From contig NC_068984.1 of NCBI RefSeq assembly GCF_001194135.2, forward strand, positions 128,141,518 to 128,205,517: a DNA stretch of 64,000 nucleotides, written 5' to 3'. Below, in pieces: positions 1-11,842 of the stretch. Positions within the stretch are counted from its first letter, which is position 1. Each line of letters starts with the position of its first letter. The notes below the pieces were generated by a model. That model did no database searches. It was not told where the DNA came from and was given only the letters and a program-made list of their open reading frames with translations. This stretch comes from Octopus bimaculoides (lineage: Eukaryota). The position numbers and the translations under genes are program-made.

Positions 1-487
1 CTTGACAGGTGGCAGGTCAGCCGCTTCTTCAGGGTGGCATACCGGCCAAGTGGAAATGGAGTGGTGGAAAGGCATCATCGTACCATCAAGACCATGGCAG
101 AGAGGGGTCGCATTTCGCCAATCGAGGCCGTATTTTGATACAATATGTCGCCCAGGTCAGGACAGGCTGAGGAGTCGGTGCCACACAGGACAATATTCAG
201 GTACGAGTGGAGGCACCCGTGTATTGCATCAATGCGACTCCGGGGAGAAGAAGAGCACGCCTTCGTGCAGATCGGGGAAGAAGTTTGGGTAAAAACCCCA
301 AATGCACGGTGCACATCACAATGGGGGATAGGAACTATGACCTCCATCAATTCGAAGAACAACGTCTCAGTCGATGGTATGCCACGCCATGTTTTGGATG
401 TGCGGAAGATTGTCAGTGCTTCAGAGGATGGAACCAGCTGCAGTGGGCAGGATGATGAAGGCAGCGCGCCAGGAACTCAGGCCAGTC
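1..487 (+). mobile_element. Gypsy-like LTR retrotransposon, integrase C-terminal part (copy 1, pseudogenised)
   Basis: Frame 1 reads LDRWQVSRFFRVAYRPSGNGVVERHHRTIKTMAERG..AVF*YNMSPR..GEEVWVKTPNARCTSQWG. This is an integrase core end (NGxVER) with an in-frame stop, closely similar to the copy at 1717-2253. Confidence 0.85.
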
Positions 488-582
488 NNNNNNNNNNNNN
501 TGATTATGAAACCAATTAAGGTAGTTCGGGAGCGAGGAGTGAGTAGGAGAGCCGGTTGAATGATCTATAGATCAGGGGGGCG

Positions 583-879
583 TGTGGTGTTTGGGCTGTG
601 ACGAGCTATGTGTTGTGGTGGAGAGGGGTGAGGCAAACAGAGGTGAAGCCAGGCCGGAAGGGTCAGATCGGAAGTCGGCGACACGCGGTCGAAGGCTAGC
701 ACGTGGGGCCAGTGAGAAAACAGCGACGTTACGAGAAAGACGTGTTCTGATTAGGAGCGATCGTGTACCCCGCTACGGTCGGCAAGGTAAGGTCCAACGC
801 TTCATTCTGTCCTTTTGCTTCTTGTTGTCTTCTTCCTCCATCGCACCACAGAGTGCTTAACCTGAAACTGAACAACACA
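583..879 (+). mobile_element. Probable 3' LTR of Gypsy-like copy 1
   Basis: A purine tract AGATCAGGGGGG (569-580) precedes TGTGGTGTT (583). Inverted termini are GCACCACA (843-850) or AACAACACA (871-879), so the exact end is uncertain. Confidence 0.55.
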
Positions 880-1092
880 CCCTTAGAGTTTTTAGTCAGC
901 GTTCTTTTTGTGGAGAAATCTGTTTGGTGGGGAGGGGAGGGTTAACCTACTTGATTTGCCAAATTCATTAATACTCAGTGAAATGTTAAACCTCTTTCAG
1001 TCAATTCGACCACTGGCCGAGGAGGAAACTTTTGCTCCCTATGCGTGCGAGGATAGAATTTTTATTATCTCTAGCTACCTTTTTATCACTTC

Positions 1093-1134
<42 letters not shown>

Positions 1135-1135
1135 A

Positions 1136-1173
<38 letters not shown>

Positions 1174-1300
1174 TCTCTCCATCTATCTATTTCTCTCTGT
1201 AACAGCACAGGGATGAAGCAAGCTCCCTCACAGAATGGACCATGGAACTACAGAAAATATCTTACTGTATTCATGTATATACGCAACGACGCGACATCGT

Positions 1301-1410
1301 TTATTACCTCCGCCTTCGCTAAGGCGGAGGTATTGTTTTCAGTCGTGTTTGTTTGTTTGTTTGTCCGTGGGCAAGATATCTCAAGAAACGGTGGATGGAT
1401 TCGGCTGAAA
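1301..1410 (+). mobile_element. Helentron/HINE (DINE-1-like) non-autonomous element end, truncated
   Basis: A perfect 12-bp hairpin TACCTCCGCCTT-CGCT-AAGGCGGAGGTA (1305-1332) is followed by (GTTT)n and GATATCTCAAGAAAC..GGATGGATT, the layout typical of HINE/DINE-1-like elements. Confidence 0.6.
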
Positions 1411-2914
1411 CCTTCGTCCTCGTGACTGGCACCAACTGATTAGATTTTGGGATCGATCCGTTACCGGAAAAGGAGTCTGGATTATTTTCCCGACTGAGTC
1501 CTCGCGCCTCGTGACCACGCATGCCCACCGCGGCCCTTCCGGCGGGACCCACAGGCCCCACTTCCGATAGGACATGCCTACTCCCTCACTTCCGATCCTT
1601 CCCTACAACACAGCTTGGCTCATAACACCTCACGCACTCCTGATCTGAAGATCATTCAACCAACCTGCCCACACCCTCTTCTCAACCCTGACCACACGCC
1701 TTAACTTGTCTCTTAATCAGCCAACCAGTGAGGAGGGCACCGCTCCTTCTGTGACCGCCGTGACTTCAGGACTGGCCTCAGTTCCTGGCATGTTGCTGCC
1801 GGCTTCGTCCACTTGTCCTTTACTGTTGGCCCCATCCTCCGTCGCAGTGATGATCCTGCGCACATCCAAAACACGTCGTGGCATGCCATCTACAGACAAA
1901 TTGTTCCTCGAATTTACAGAGGTTATTGTCCCCTTTCCCCACTGTGATGTGCACCGCGCGTTTGGGGGTTTAACCCAGACTTCTTCCCCGACCTGCACAA
2001 AGGCATGCTCTTTCTCTTTCTCGTACTTGAATATTGCCCTGTGTGGCACTGACTCCTCAGCCTGTCCCGTCCTGGGCGACATATTATACCAAAACACGGC
2101 CTCGACCGGTGAGATGTGGCCCCTCTCTGCTATGGTTTTGATGGTACGATGATGCCTCTCCACAACCCCATTGCCATTTGGCCGGTATGCCGCCCCGAAG
2201 AAGCGGTTAACATGCCACTTGTCGAGCATTTCCCCCAGCACCTCCAAGCTCATCCACGGGGCCTCGTTCTAGGAATATCTCATTCAGTATTCTTGTGATT
2301 TCCTCCCTGGTCCCCGTCTTCATCTCTCTCCATATGGCCAACCGCCTCAGTCTGCAGTCGACCATCAAGAGGTATGTCCCCTGCCGGTAGTGCATCACGT
2401 CCACTGCCAGTCGTTTCCAGTTGTATTCCACTGGAATGCTTCCTGCCTCATGTACGCCCGGAGCGAGATCAATGGACTGGCACCTGTCGCAGCTCCCAAC
2501 TACTCTTTGCACACTCTGCCTGGTCACGACAAAGTCAACTTTCCTGGCAAGGAACAAGGTCCTGTCCACCCCTATGTGATGCATGGTATGCAATTTCCTC
2601 AGCCGACACACTGCAGCCACTCCTTGCTCCAGATCCTCTGGCACTTGCAACCAGGCTTTCTTTATTCTGGTCAGGACGTCCGCTCTATTCCTCTCAGAGG
2701 GCACAAAAATCACATTTAACCTCAGGTCGAACTCGGCAGCTAGCTCGCCCAGAATTCCCAAACAGCGTTTTATCAGCATCTCTGTGTCCCCTTTTGGTTT
2801 GCCGGTGACCACTGATCCCACCCATCTAAGTACAGTGGCCGAATCGGTCCGGATCTCGATGGTACGCATCCCCCACCCCAGGGCCAGGTTCAGCCCCTTC
2901 AACACGGCATCTAG
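1411..2914 (-). mobile_element. Gypsy-like LTR retrotransposon copy 2: RNase H, HHCC zinc finger, integrase and 3' LTR; frameshifted and 5'-truncated
   Basis: ORF 2207-2905 shows RNase H-like motifs (LKGLNLAL, TDS, NRADVLTR), the zinc finger (HTMHH..CDRC) and the integrase start (LAVD). ORF 1717-2253 shows NGVVERHHRTIK. The LTR start TGAGGTGTT at 1632 aligns with copy 1. Confidence 0.85.
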
Positions 2915-3890
2915 GCAGTTAAAAAGTACTTTCTGGAAAACAATCTTCCTCTCAAAGCCCTCCGCATCCTTGATAATGCTCTTGCTAACCCTCCTAACTT
3001 CGAAGATGATATCCTGAACGAATTTAAATTCATAAAAGTTTTATACCTTTCACGCAACACTATCTCTATCTTGCAGCCCATGGACTAACAGGTGATTTCT
3101 AATTTTAAGAAATTGTACACCAAACACCTGTTTCGTTGGCGCTTTGAAGCACCAATGAACAGATGAACTCCTGCAGCTTCAGGAGCAGCAGCATTCGGAT
3201 GCGGTGGAAGAGATTGGTTCCCCGGAGGAGGACAATGTAGCGGAGAATGTTATTTCTACGAGTGACATAAAGGCAGTGTTGGCAAAGTAGCAGTATGTTC
3301 CTGAATTTGTAGAAAAATATCATCCTGAAAAAGTTTCCACGAGTCATGCAACTGCTTTATTGAATTACACTGCTCTGGCGCATTTTCGTAACATTTTGAA
3401 ATGGGAGGAAAAAGCAGACTTCTCTTGATATGTTTGTAATGAAACGACCTGCAAGTGTGAAAAGTGAAGAAAGTGTATCCGAAAAAGCCTAACTTAAGTG
3501 AAATAGGAGAGAAAACGCCATAAATTGTTCTTCCTGAAGTCTTACTGGAAGGAAATCCTCCTTCCAAACAATAATTCTTCTCCCTGCTCCATTGTATTCC
3601 TCGTGCACAAATCATCCAATCTTTAGAGTAATCAAATTGATAAAACCAGTTTACATATTTCTTTTACATTCTATTTTATTTGTTTTTTATAATTGTCATT
3701 TTCCTTGTAACTTCACCATTTCTGTTTTAAAACTCATAAACAAATAATTTTTGGGTGGTTTGGAGGTGCTGGAACGGATTAATTATATTTGAATTAATTT
3801 CAATGGGGAAAATTGATTTGTACAAATGAGTAAATCACAAAACGAGCTTGATCATGGAACGAATTAAACTCGTACTGCGAGGTATCACTG
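2915..3890 (+). mobile_element. Tigger (pogo family) DNA transposon relic, 3' half with terminal inverted repeat
   Basis: Reads AVKKYFLENNLPLKALRILDNALANPP..KVLYLSRNTISILQPMD*QVISNFKKLY (DDE_1 motifs LDNA and QPMD). It ends in a Tigger-type terminus ..GAATTAAACTCGTACTGCGAGGTATCACTG followed by TA. Confidence 0.8.
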
Positions 3891-3899
3891 TAATGCTTA

Positions 3900-4320
3900 A
3901 TATCACCAAAAGGCAAGTGGAACAGCTCAAACTCAAAATCTTAAAATAAGTTCATGAAATATTTTCTGAAGGACGAACTGTGACAGCTGTGTGTGAAAGG
4001 ACGAGAAACAACGAGCTGTGTGTGCATTGAGCGTCACCGGGCATTTCATACCGCCTGCATTTCTCTTCAAGAGGAGGCGCATCGCCGACCCACTGCTTCA
4101 TGGAGTACCAGAAGGTTCGGTTGCTTATGGAAACGAAAATTAATGGATTGATTGGGAAACATTTTCTAAGTGGCTACGCCATTTCATTCAACATACCTGT
4201 TGAGAGAAAAATGCTCCTCCGTTTTGACAATCACATCAATCACATTAACTTGGATGCAATTGAGCTTGCTCGCAAGCATGGTGTAGTCATGGTATCAATT
4301 CTACCTCATACCGCCGAATG
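3900..4320 (+). mobile_element. Second pogo-like DDE_1 transposase relic
   Basis: Reads CALSVTGHFIPPAFLFKRRR..GVPEGS..*WIDWETFSKWLRHFIQH, then after a frameshift MLLRFDNHINH..ARKHGVVMVSILPHT. Confidence 0.7.
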
Positions 4321-5393
4321 TCCAATCGATACTGGCCACAACGGACTTCTTAAACGACTTTCACTTGTTAGTAGATGTCAGGCGTCAGAGACTCGTGGAC
4401 GATTCTAGAAATAAATAATGCGATGATGGGAACGGATAATAGTCCGATATTGCAGCAGACATGGAGACACCTGCAAATACGGTTTTGTAGATATCGTCAG
4501 AGAAGCATGGTAATAATGCACACGTCTGAAAAAATAAACGGAAATGATGGGGCGCCTGCAACCATTATTTAAGGACTTTTGTCCCGTTGTGACACCACAT
4601 ACATTGTCTCCAGAGATTATTGAACCTCACGTGTATGGGAGAGAAGGCTAACTACGCACTGTTGTGAAAACGGTTACTGAAAGCAAACCCCTTGTACGAA
4701 GCACCAGTGAATAAACGGTTATTGAATTTACTCCGCCTGAGATCTTCATTCTTCGTATTTCCAGCTCCTTGAATCAACAGAATAATTATAATGGAAGAAG
4801 ATACCCCCAAAAGTATCATAAAAACCTTCCTTCCATTATAAGTCTGTCTGAGGTCCTTGTGACTTGACAAACAGTNNNNNNNNNNNNNNNNNNNNNNNNN
4901 NNNNNNNNNNNNNNNNNNNNNNNNNNNNNNNNNNNNNNNNNNNNNNNNNNNNNNNNNNNNNNNNNNNNNNNNNNNNNNNNNNNNNNNNNNNNNNNNNNNN
5001 NNNNNNNNNNNNNNNNNNNNNNNNNNNNNNNNNNNNNNNNNNNNNNNNNNNNNNNNNNNNNNNNNNNNNNNNNNNNNNNNNNNNNNNNNNNNNNNNNNNN
5101 NNNNNNNNNNNNNNNNNNNNNNNNNNNNNNNNNNNNNNNNNNNNNNNNNNNNNNNNNNNNNNNNNNNNNNNNNNNNNNNNNNNNNNNNNNNNNNNNNNNN
5201 NNNNNNNNNNNNNNNNNNNNNNNNNNNNNNNNNNNNNNNNNNNNNNNNNNNNNNNNNNNNNNNNNNNNNNNNNNNNNNNNNNNNNNNNNNNNNNNNNNNN
5301 NNNNNNNNNNNNNNNNNNNNNNNNNNNNNNNNNNNNNNNNNNNNNNNNNNNNNNNNNNNNNNNGAAAGCACGTTATAAAAATAAAACTACTGA

Positions 5394-5395
5394 AC

Positions 5396-5445
<50 letters not shown>

Positions 5446-5510
5446 TAATAATGATAATAATGATAATAATAATAATAATAATAATAATGATAATAATAAT
5501 AATAATAATA
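5394..5510. repeat. (AAT/GAT)n microsatellite next to an assembly gap
   Basis: Trinucleotide run read directly from the sequence. Confidence 0.95.
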
Positions 5511-6359
5511 CATCTTCGCTGGTCAGCAAAGTAATTTATTCTTGACATTTGTAAGTGCTTCGAGGAACACCCACAATCATATTAAGAAAAAGGGTGATGC
5601 TAGATATGCGATAAAAATAAATGTGTTGAAGAGAAACGCCCTTCATTATGCTAAGTCTGCTCGATATGCTGGTTCAGTAATGATAGGTTTTTGTCATAGT
5701 AACACTATCTTTGTCATACATGTAACTCAGTACAATTATACAAGTATAAGAAATCATGCGGTAAATTAAAAATCAACCATTAATGTAGTTGTGAATATAT
5801 TCGATTTCCATGTCCGTAATGTATATAACCATGCAATGCTATTATCCGTGTAATCGATCTGCAGGTTGTAGTGTATGCGTGCGAGTAGATGTAATCGCCT
5901 TACCTCGGTTTTCCTTTCGTCGACTGCGAGTCTGTCTTGCGGTATCCGATCCTCGAAGCTTGCCCCGACCCGAAGAACACTAGGAATAGCAGCTGCTTCT
6001 CCCAAACCTAAACCGTCGCTTAGCACGTCCTCTCCTGACCACGATCCCGATCGAGGCTCCCTCTGCCCTTCTTCCTATTCCGGTCAGCTCCCCAGTCACT
6101 GACTTCATACCACACAAGTGATCTCTATATATTTCCTTTCTTGAACAGGATATTATAATTCTGCTTGACACTCTGTGAATTAGCACACGTATTACGCTCT
6201 GTTGAGCAGTTATTACTAAAACCTTCTATGATGGTTAAGGTGCCGAGAGGCGGCGAATTAGCAGAATCATTAGCATACCAAACAAAATGCTTCGAACCAT
6301 TTCTTCTGATTTTACATTCTGAGTTCAAATTCCAACCGCAAAGTTGTCAGCGAAGAGGT

Positions 6360-7400
6360 TGGCGCTGGTCGTCGATCGTTTGATTGATAGATCTATCCAT
6401 GGCAATTCCCACTTCATGCGGTAGATCATAGAGAGGATGAGTAAAGGCCTAGTATATATGGAGCCTTGATCACTTTAGATCAATTGAAAGCTTTCTCTAG
6501 AGCCGACCATTAATACTTGGCGGCTGGTTTCAATCCTGCTTTCCGCGTTTGGATTACAACAAAGTAAAGCGACATCTGCTCGCTGGTTAGAATGAATGGC
6601 CACCAATTGGAATCATTCACCATCATGCACTCGGTCCGTCAAGGTTTTACCGTGTCATCTCTTCTGTATACACTGACTCTTGAGCCAGTACTGCGGAAAC
6701 TAGAGATGTTGAGGGGCATCCTGGGCGAACAAGGAGGAAGAAGAACCATATCAACATATGTGGACAACATTATCGTTATAGTACCGGATACTAAGCATAT
6801 TGATGTGATCGGCACTGCTTTAAGAAACTACGAGGTGATGACAGGAACAAAAATCAGCCAAGAAAACTCAATAGGCCCGTAGTTCAGCACCTGGAGAGGT
6901 AGGTTCATTGTCATCCAACAGCATCGTAGTTTGCTTGGGATCTGGTTTGATCCAGACCTCCAAGTGAAGAAGTGGGAGCAAATGACGAACAAGTGGTTAA
7001 TCTCACCCAGAAATGGGCACAGGCAAAGCTTTCCTTTTAGGTCGGGCAAAGATGATGAACGCTTACATTGTCTCCGTCATATATTACTACCTGATCGTCG
7101 TGCCCAGTTCACTTCTGATGGGATTGGAGCACCTTCTCTCCCATTTTCTGTGGAAGGAACGCGTTTCACTTGTTAGGTGCTCTATTTGTTGTCAACATTC
7201 ACTGAATGGAGGATTGAGCATGCCCTGGCTGATGGTCCGAAGACATGCACTGAAGCTACATCTCCAGCGTTTCCTTGACGGCGATCAGTTGTGGTTACCG
7301 TTTGTCAGACTGGTTTCTCCACAGCTCGTCTCTAACAGAACTTCAAGTCTTGAGTCAAGCAAAGACCAAAACAGGATGTTTGACATATGAAATATCGTCA
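6360..7400 (+). mobile_element. Tx1/L1-clade non-LTR retrotransposon reverse transcriptase relic
   Basis: Reads LDQLKAFSRADH*YLAA..MNGHQLESFTIMHSVRQGFTVSSLLY..YVDN, decayed forms of LDxxKAFDRVDH, RQGCPLSPLLY and YADD. It has many stops and frameshifts. Confidence 0.8.
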
Positions 7401-7666
7401 GGCGCTCAGAGCTCTGTACCAAATCGAACAATGCGGTTGATGAAAGTTCTAATTTGGTGTTCTGTACGGGACACGTTGAAGGAGCCCTCTGGGTCAGTGC
7501 GTCTGGTTCAGGCAGACCACTTACTGAAGAGTAGGGTTCTTTTGGCATGCATGATAATGTGTGTGTGTCCTCCTCCTTCACTTCAGTATTGGCCCTACCC
7601 ACTCTACTGATAGATGTACGAATGCATCTTACTCTTGACTTATGGTCTCTTAGACGGCTCACACAT

Positions 7667-7705
<39 letters not shown>

Positions 7706-7929
7706 NNNNNNNNNNNNNNNNNNNNNNNNNNNNNNNNNNNNNNNNNNNNNNNNNNNNNNNNNNNNNNNNNNNNNNNNNNNNNNNNNNNNNNNNNNNNNNN
7801 NNNNNNNNNNNNNNNNNNNNNNNNNNNNNNNNNNNNNNNNNNNNNNNNNNNNNNNNNNNNNNNNNNNNNNNNNNNNNNNNNNNNNNNNNNNNNNNNNNNN
7901 NNNNNNNNNNNNNNNNNNNNNNNNNNNNN

Positions 7930-8243
7930 TGAAATTAACGTGCAAGTGGCTGAGCACTCCACAGACACGTGTACCCTTAACGTAGTTCTCGGGGATAGTC
8001 AGCGTGACACAGTGTGACAAGGCTGACCCTTTGAATTACAGGCACAACAGAAACAGGAAGTAAGAGTGAGAGAAAGTTGTGGTGAAAAAGTACAGCAGGG
8101 TTCGCTACCATCCCTTGCCGGAGCCTCGTGAAGCTTTAGGTGTTTTCGCTCAATAAACACTCACAACACCCGGTCTGGGAATCGAAACCGCGATCCTATG
8201 ACCGCGAGCCGCTGCCCTAACTACTGGGCCATTGTGCCTCCAC
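7930..8243 (-). mobile_element. tRNA-derived SINE (family with head GGAGGCGCAATGGCCCAGTGG; resembles octopus OR-type SINEs)
   Basis: tRNA-like head with A- and B-box-like motifs. Near-identical copies lie at 33485, 36211, 41696 and 52467. Confidence 0.85.
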
Positions 8244-8759
8244 ACATACATACATACATACATGTGCTTGATGCTATTGTGACTTTTTTTCCTTTTTCAA
8301 ACACATCCCAGGTATTTAGGCTGATGTGCAGCAATGATGGGTATGGGTTTTTAGAACGAAGATTACGCTAAGATCCTAAAGACTGGGGTTAGAAGATGGG
8401 AAATTAGACAGAATAAACCCGCCTCTTCTTTTGCCCCATTGTGAACTGAGAAGTAAGAGAATGCTGTCTCCTACTCCACCCCTTGCATGCCTCTCTTTAC
8501 CATTTCCATCACTGCCGTATAGCTGTCTTCTGTTCTTATCAAATCAATAAACCTTATATGCACAAAATACACGCACACAAACATTCAGACACAGACACAC
8601 ACTACAAACATACACACTCATTCATTCAAACAGACGTACATGTTAAAGAGATGTTTTAAAAATTCATGCCTTAATGAATACACGCAGATATCTGAGGTAT
8701 TAAATGTGCGTATATATATATAACACACTGTACAGGGATACCCCCAAAACCTTACCAGA

Positions 8760-8830
8760 GAAAGCAGTACCCGGTCTGGACTGTGACATCACTTCCGGGA
8801 AATTGAACTCGGGATGTCGTTAGCAGTCGT
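8760..8830 (+). promoter_or_regulatory. Probable core promoter of the SMIM29-like gene with an overlapping CRE-ETS motif
   Basis: TGACATCACTTCCGG at 8784-8798, one mismatch from the composite TGACGTCACTTCCGG. The region looks CpG-retaining and is followed by a donor AAG|GTACTT at 8997/8998. Confidence 0.55.
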
Positions 8831-8997
8831 CTATAACAACAGCAGTTTCTCTTTCAGCGATATTGTACCGTCGTTGCGTCTGCTGCCATTCACTATCTAT
8901 TTTTTACAGTGTCACTTATTCTGCAAGACATCTCATGCCGATAGAAACATTCTGTTCCCATTTCTACAAACTGATGCGTCTATATCAGTAATTTAAG
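8810..8997 (+). other. Candidate first (5' UTR) exon
   Basis: Lies directly downstream of the ETS-CRE motif and ends at donor AAG|GTACTT. The start is a guess. Confidence 0.35.
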
Positions 8998-9872
8998 GTA
9001 CTTTCTTTATCCATTCATTCATTCGCATATAGTCTGTTTTCAGGTATCGTGTTGTAGTCTTCACAACACCTGTTGAACATTAACAGCTTCTCTAGAGACC
9101 GTCGTGAGAATATAAACTGATTAATATTAAAGGAAGGTGACATCGATTCTTATCATTACAGAATGGTACATTTTTGTTTTGCTGAAGCTTTTGAACATAC
9201 CCTTTTATTAATATGGTTTGATTTTCTAGCATCGACTAACACTGCTATCCTGATGCCTGTAGGCATCCTCCACTCGTCAATTTTCTAAAGAACTACCTAA
9301 AATAAGGCAGTGACTATACACACACACTGACAGAAAGTAAATTACGATTGAAGAATAATTTTCCGATGTAAAGAGAAAACATGTTGATATTCTTACTGCT
9401 TATAATTATTAACAATGATAATGTTTTGTGTTTATACGTCGTATTAAAATGATTTCACGTAATATCGAAAACAAATATTCCCTACATTAGCCTTCACAAA
9501 TAAATCAAAACCAAGTATTTTATCGTTAAAATCCTTGTTTAATATATTTGTCTTTTTGCTTGAAGGAATCCCCGTGTTTTTCGTTTCTAGTTTGTACTTA
9601 CAATAGATGCTAAAGAGAAATTAACTTCGTCTTTTAAATAAACATGTAATCGAAGAAAATTGTCCGTTTGAACTAATCAGCTGCTTTGTGTATCAATAAT
9701 CTAAATATATTTGGCACCAGTTTCTACACAGTAGAAAACAGATAATATCAAGCATCTTCTGCCTTTTTATTTTATTTATTTATTTATGCATGGTTTTTGT
9801 AGTATAAATCTAGTGTGTATGTAAAATTTTTTAATCTTAATTTTATATTGACCATTTGAGCTATTTTCTCTC

Positions 9873-9903
<31 letters not shown>

Positions 9904-9989
9904 ATGTCCTGTACCCAGATATGCACCTATACATACAGGTGGATGTCGGTATGCACATACCTGTACGTATATATGCATATACTCATTTA

Positions 9990-10040
<51 letters not shown>

Positions 10041-11678
10041 GAGAGAAAATATATATATAGCAGGAAAGAAAATAGCTGAAAATGTCAATATGAAACTGAG
10101 AAAGATTCAAACACCACACACACACACACTATATATGTATGTATGTATATTATGGATGGATAGATAGATAGATAGATATAAATCTAACGTTTCTAGTTGT
10201 CGATGCTGTTTATAAATAGCCTTGATGTGAAACCTTTTGTCATATCACGGATTAAAACCGCTATATTTATAACTTTATTCCTAGTAAGCTGATAAATCTG
10301 AAGCTTTGTAAAATTTGATATAACTAGATGCTTTTGTTTTATTTATAAATCTGTAAATGTAGGGTTCCTCGTTTTTTTTTTTTTCTTCAATAACCCTCTA
10401 CAGTTTATTTATCGTTATCCTTTTTGATTATAATTTATTACTTTCGTTTTCTCGTCACCGACGCACCTGATCTGAAATATATTTCTTTTCATAGTTTATC
10501 GGTTCTCGCTTTTTATTTTATTACGAAGGAAGCAGGTGTTTTTTATGTTTGCATCTTATCTAAACAAATGCAGCTACTTGCTTTATCTACAAAATTCATC
10601 TTTTTTCGATTTACTCTCATTCTCACATGTCTACTTTTTTTTCTTAATGACAGATTCTGCGAATTTTATTAATATTAATGAAGTGTTATCCTGATAATAT
10701 CTGTTTTCTCGCGCGAACAAATAACCAGAAAATTGTATAATAGGCATACTGCACTCTGTTGTTACTCCACGTGCTTCCTTGTAATCTGCTGCAGAACTGA
10801 GTTCTGTCCTTATAGTGTTGAGCATAAATGTTTGATTCCTGCTGTTAACGAAGATCTGGTTCCACCACTTGACACAGTTATATACCGTTTGCCCCAGAAT
10901 TTATTTTACTTTCATTATTGAATACTTTCGTTCTTAATTATAACTTCGCTAGTTCTTAAAAAGATGTTTTCTTTGCTTACACCACGGCAATATTATATTT
11001 ACACTTATACTTCGTGACTGACCAGTTAATTCTCAGTAAATAAATGTGAGCTGTTGTTTTTTTTTGTTTTTATTTTTTTTATCTTGAACATAAAATATTT
11101 ATTCAGGTTTATCTCTAATATCAACAATCAATGAATAAAAGACCAGTGAAGTTCTGATTACTTCTAAGAGCGAAATACTTTAATATTGAAAGTAAAATAA
11201 ATTTTGTAATTCCCTGTTTGTCGTGCTATAGTACCTGACAATTGTGTATTAAAAGTCAAATGTTAGAAACGTATCATAGTAATCATGTAATAAAACTTTA
11301 CTATCCCGTTTATTTGGTTGTATTATCCAAAGAAACATTGACACAAGTGATAGTCATTGTCATTCATAAGTTCTCGTTATCTTCGATTCTGCCATTTCTT
11401 TTAGTGATCAGTAGGAACTACGCAATTCAAAAACCGAAATGCTTAACTGTAGTCACATGAAAGGGCCTCTGTAAACGGGGACCATTTTAAATGTAACAAT
11501 TACAATTAATTAAATTTAAACTTAGTAAGACCTTTATTGTGTTGCTATCTTTTGAGCTGTCTTAGTTCAACTCTTTCGTTACACCTAACATAACTGTATT
11601 TTGTAATCTGTATGGAAATCAAAGGGAAAAGAGTGACATCTGTTTTGATTTGCTTTTTTCTTTATATATTCAAAACAG

Positions 11679-11842
11679 ATTAAAACTTAAGTCTTGTATG
11701 TCGATTAGCAGTTTTCAATATCCATACTGCAGAATCTTGTGTGAAGCTTGCTACTTAGTCAATACTTTTTCATGCGTGTAAAAATCCAAGAAGCGTGGGA
11801 GTTCTATGACTCCCCTGGGGTTCCTGTTATTGCGTGAACAAG
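11679..11842 (+). other. Candidate 5' UTR exon
   Basis: T-rich acceptor ..TTTTTTCTTTATATATTCAAAACAG| and a perfect consensus donor CAAG|GTGAGT. Confidence 0.4.

Noticed and set aside
1420-1719. Alternative LTR bounded by TGATTA..TAATCA with a PBS-like TGGTGCC after it on the - strand
   Set aside because: No polypurine tract precedes it and the match to a tRNA 3' end is poor beyond 7 nt. The PPT-anchored LTR start at 1632 agrees better with copy 1.
4652-5529. Long ORFs of 178-239 aa in the ORF track
   Set aside because: They are artefacts of the N gap and (AAT)n; the same applies to ORFs across the gaps at 7.7, 39.8, 41.1 and 49.9 kb.
5766-6102. GC-rich ORFs on both strands upstream of the Tx1 relic
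   Set aside because: There are no recognisable domains or splice context; it is probably a retroelement fragment but cannot be assigned.
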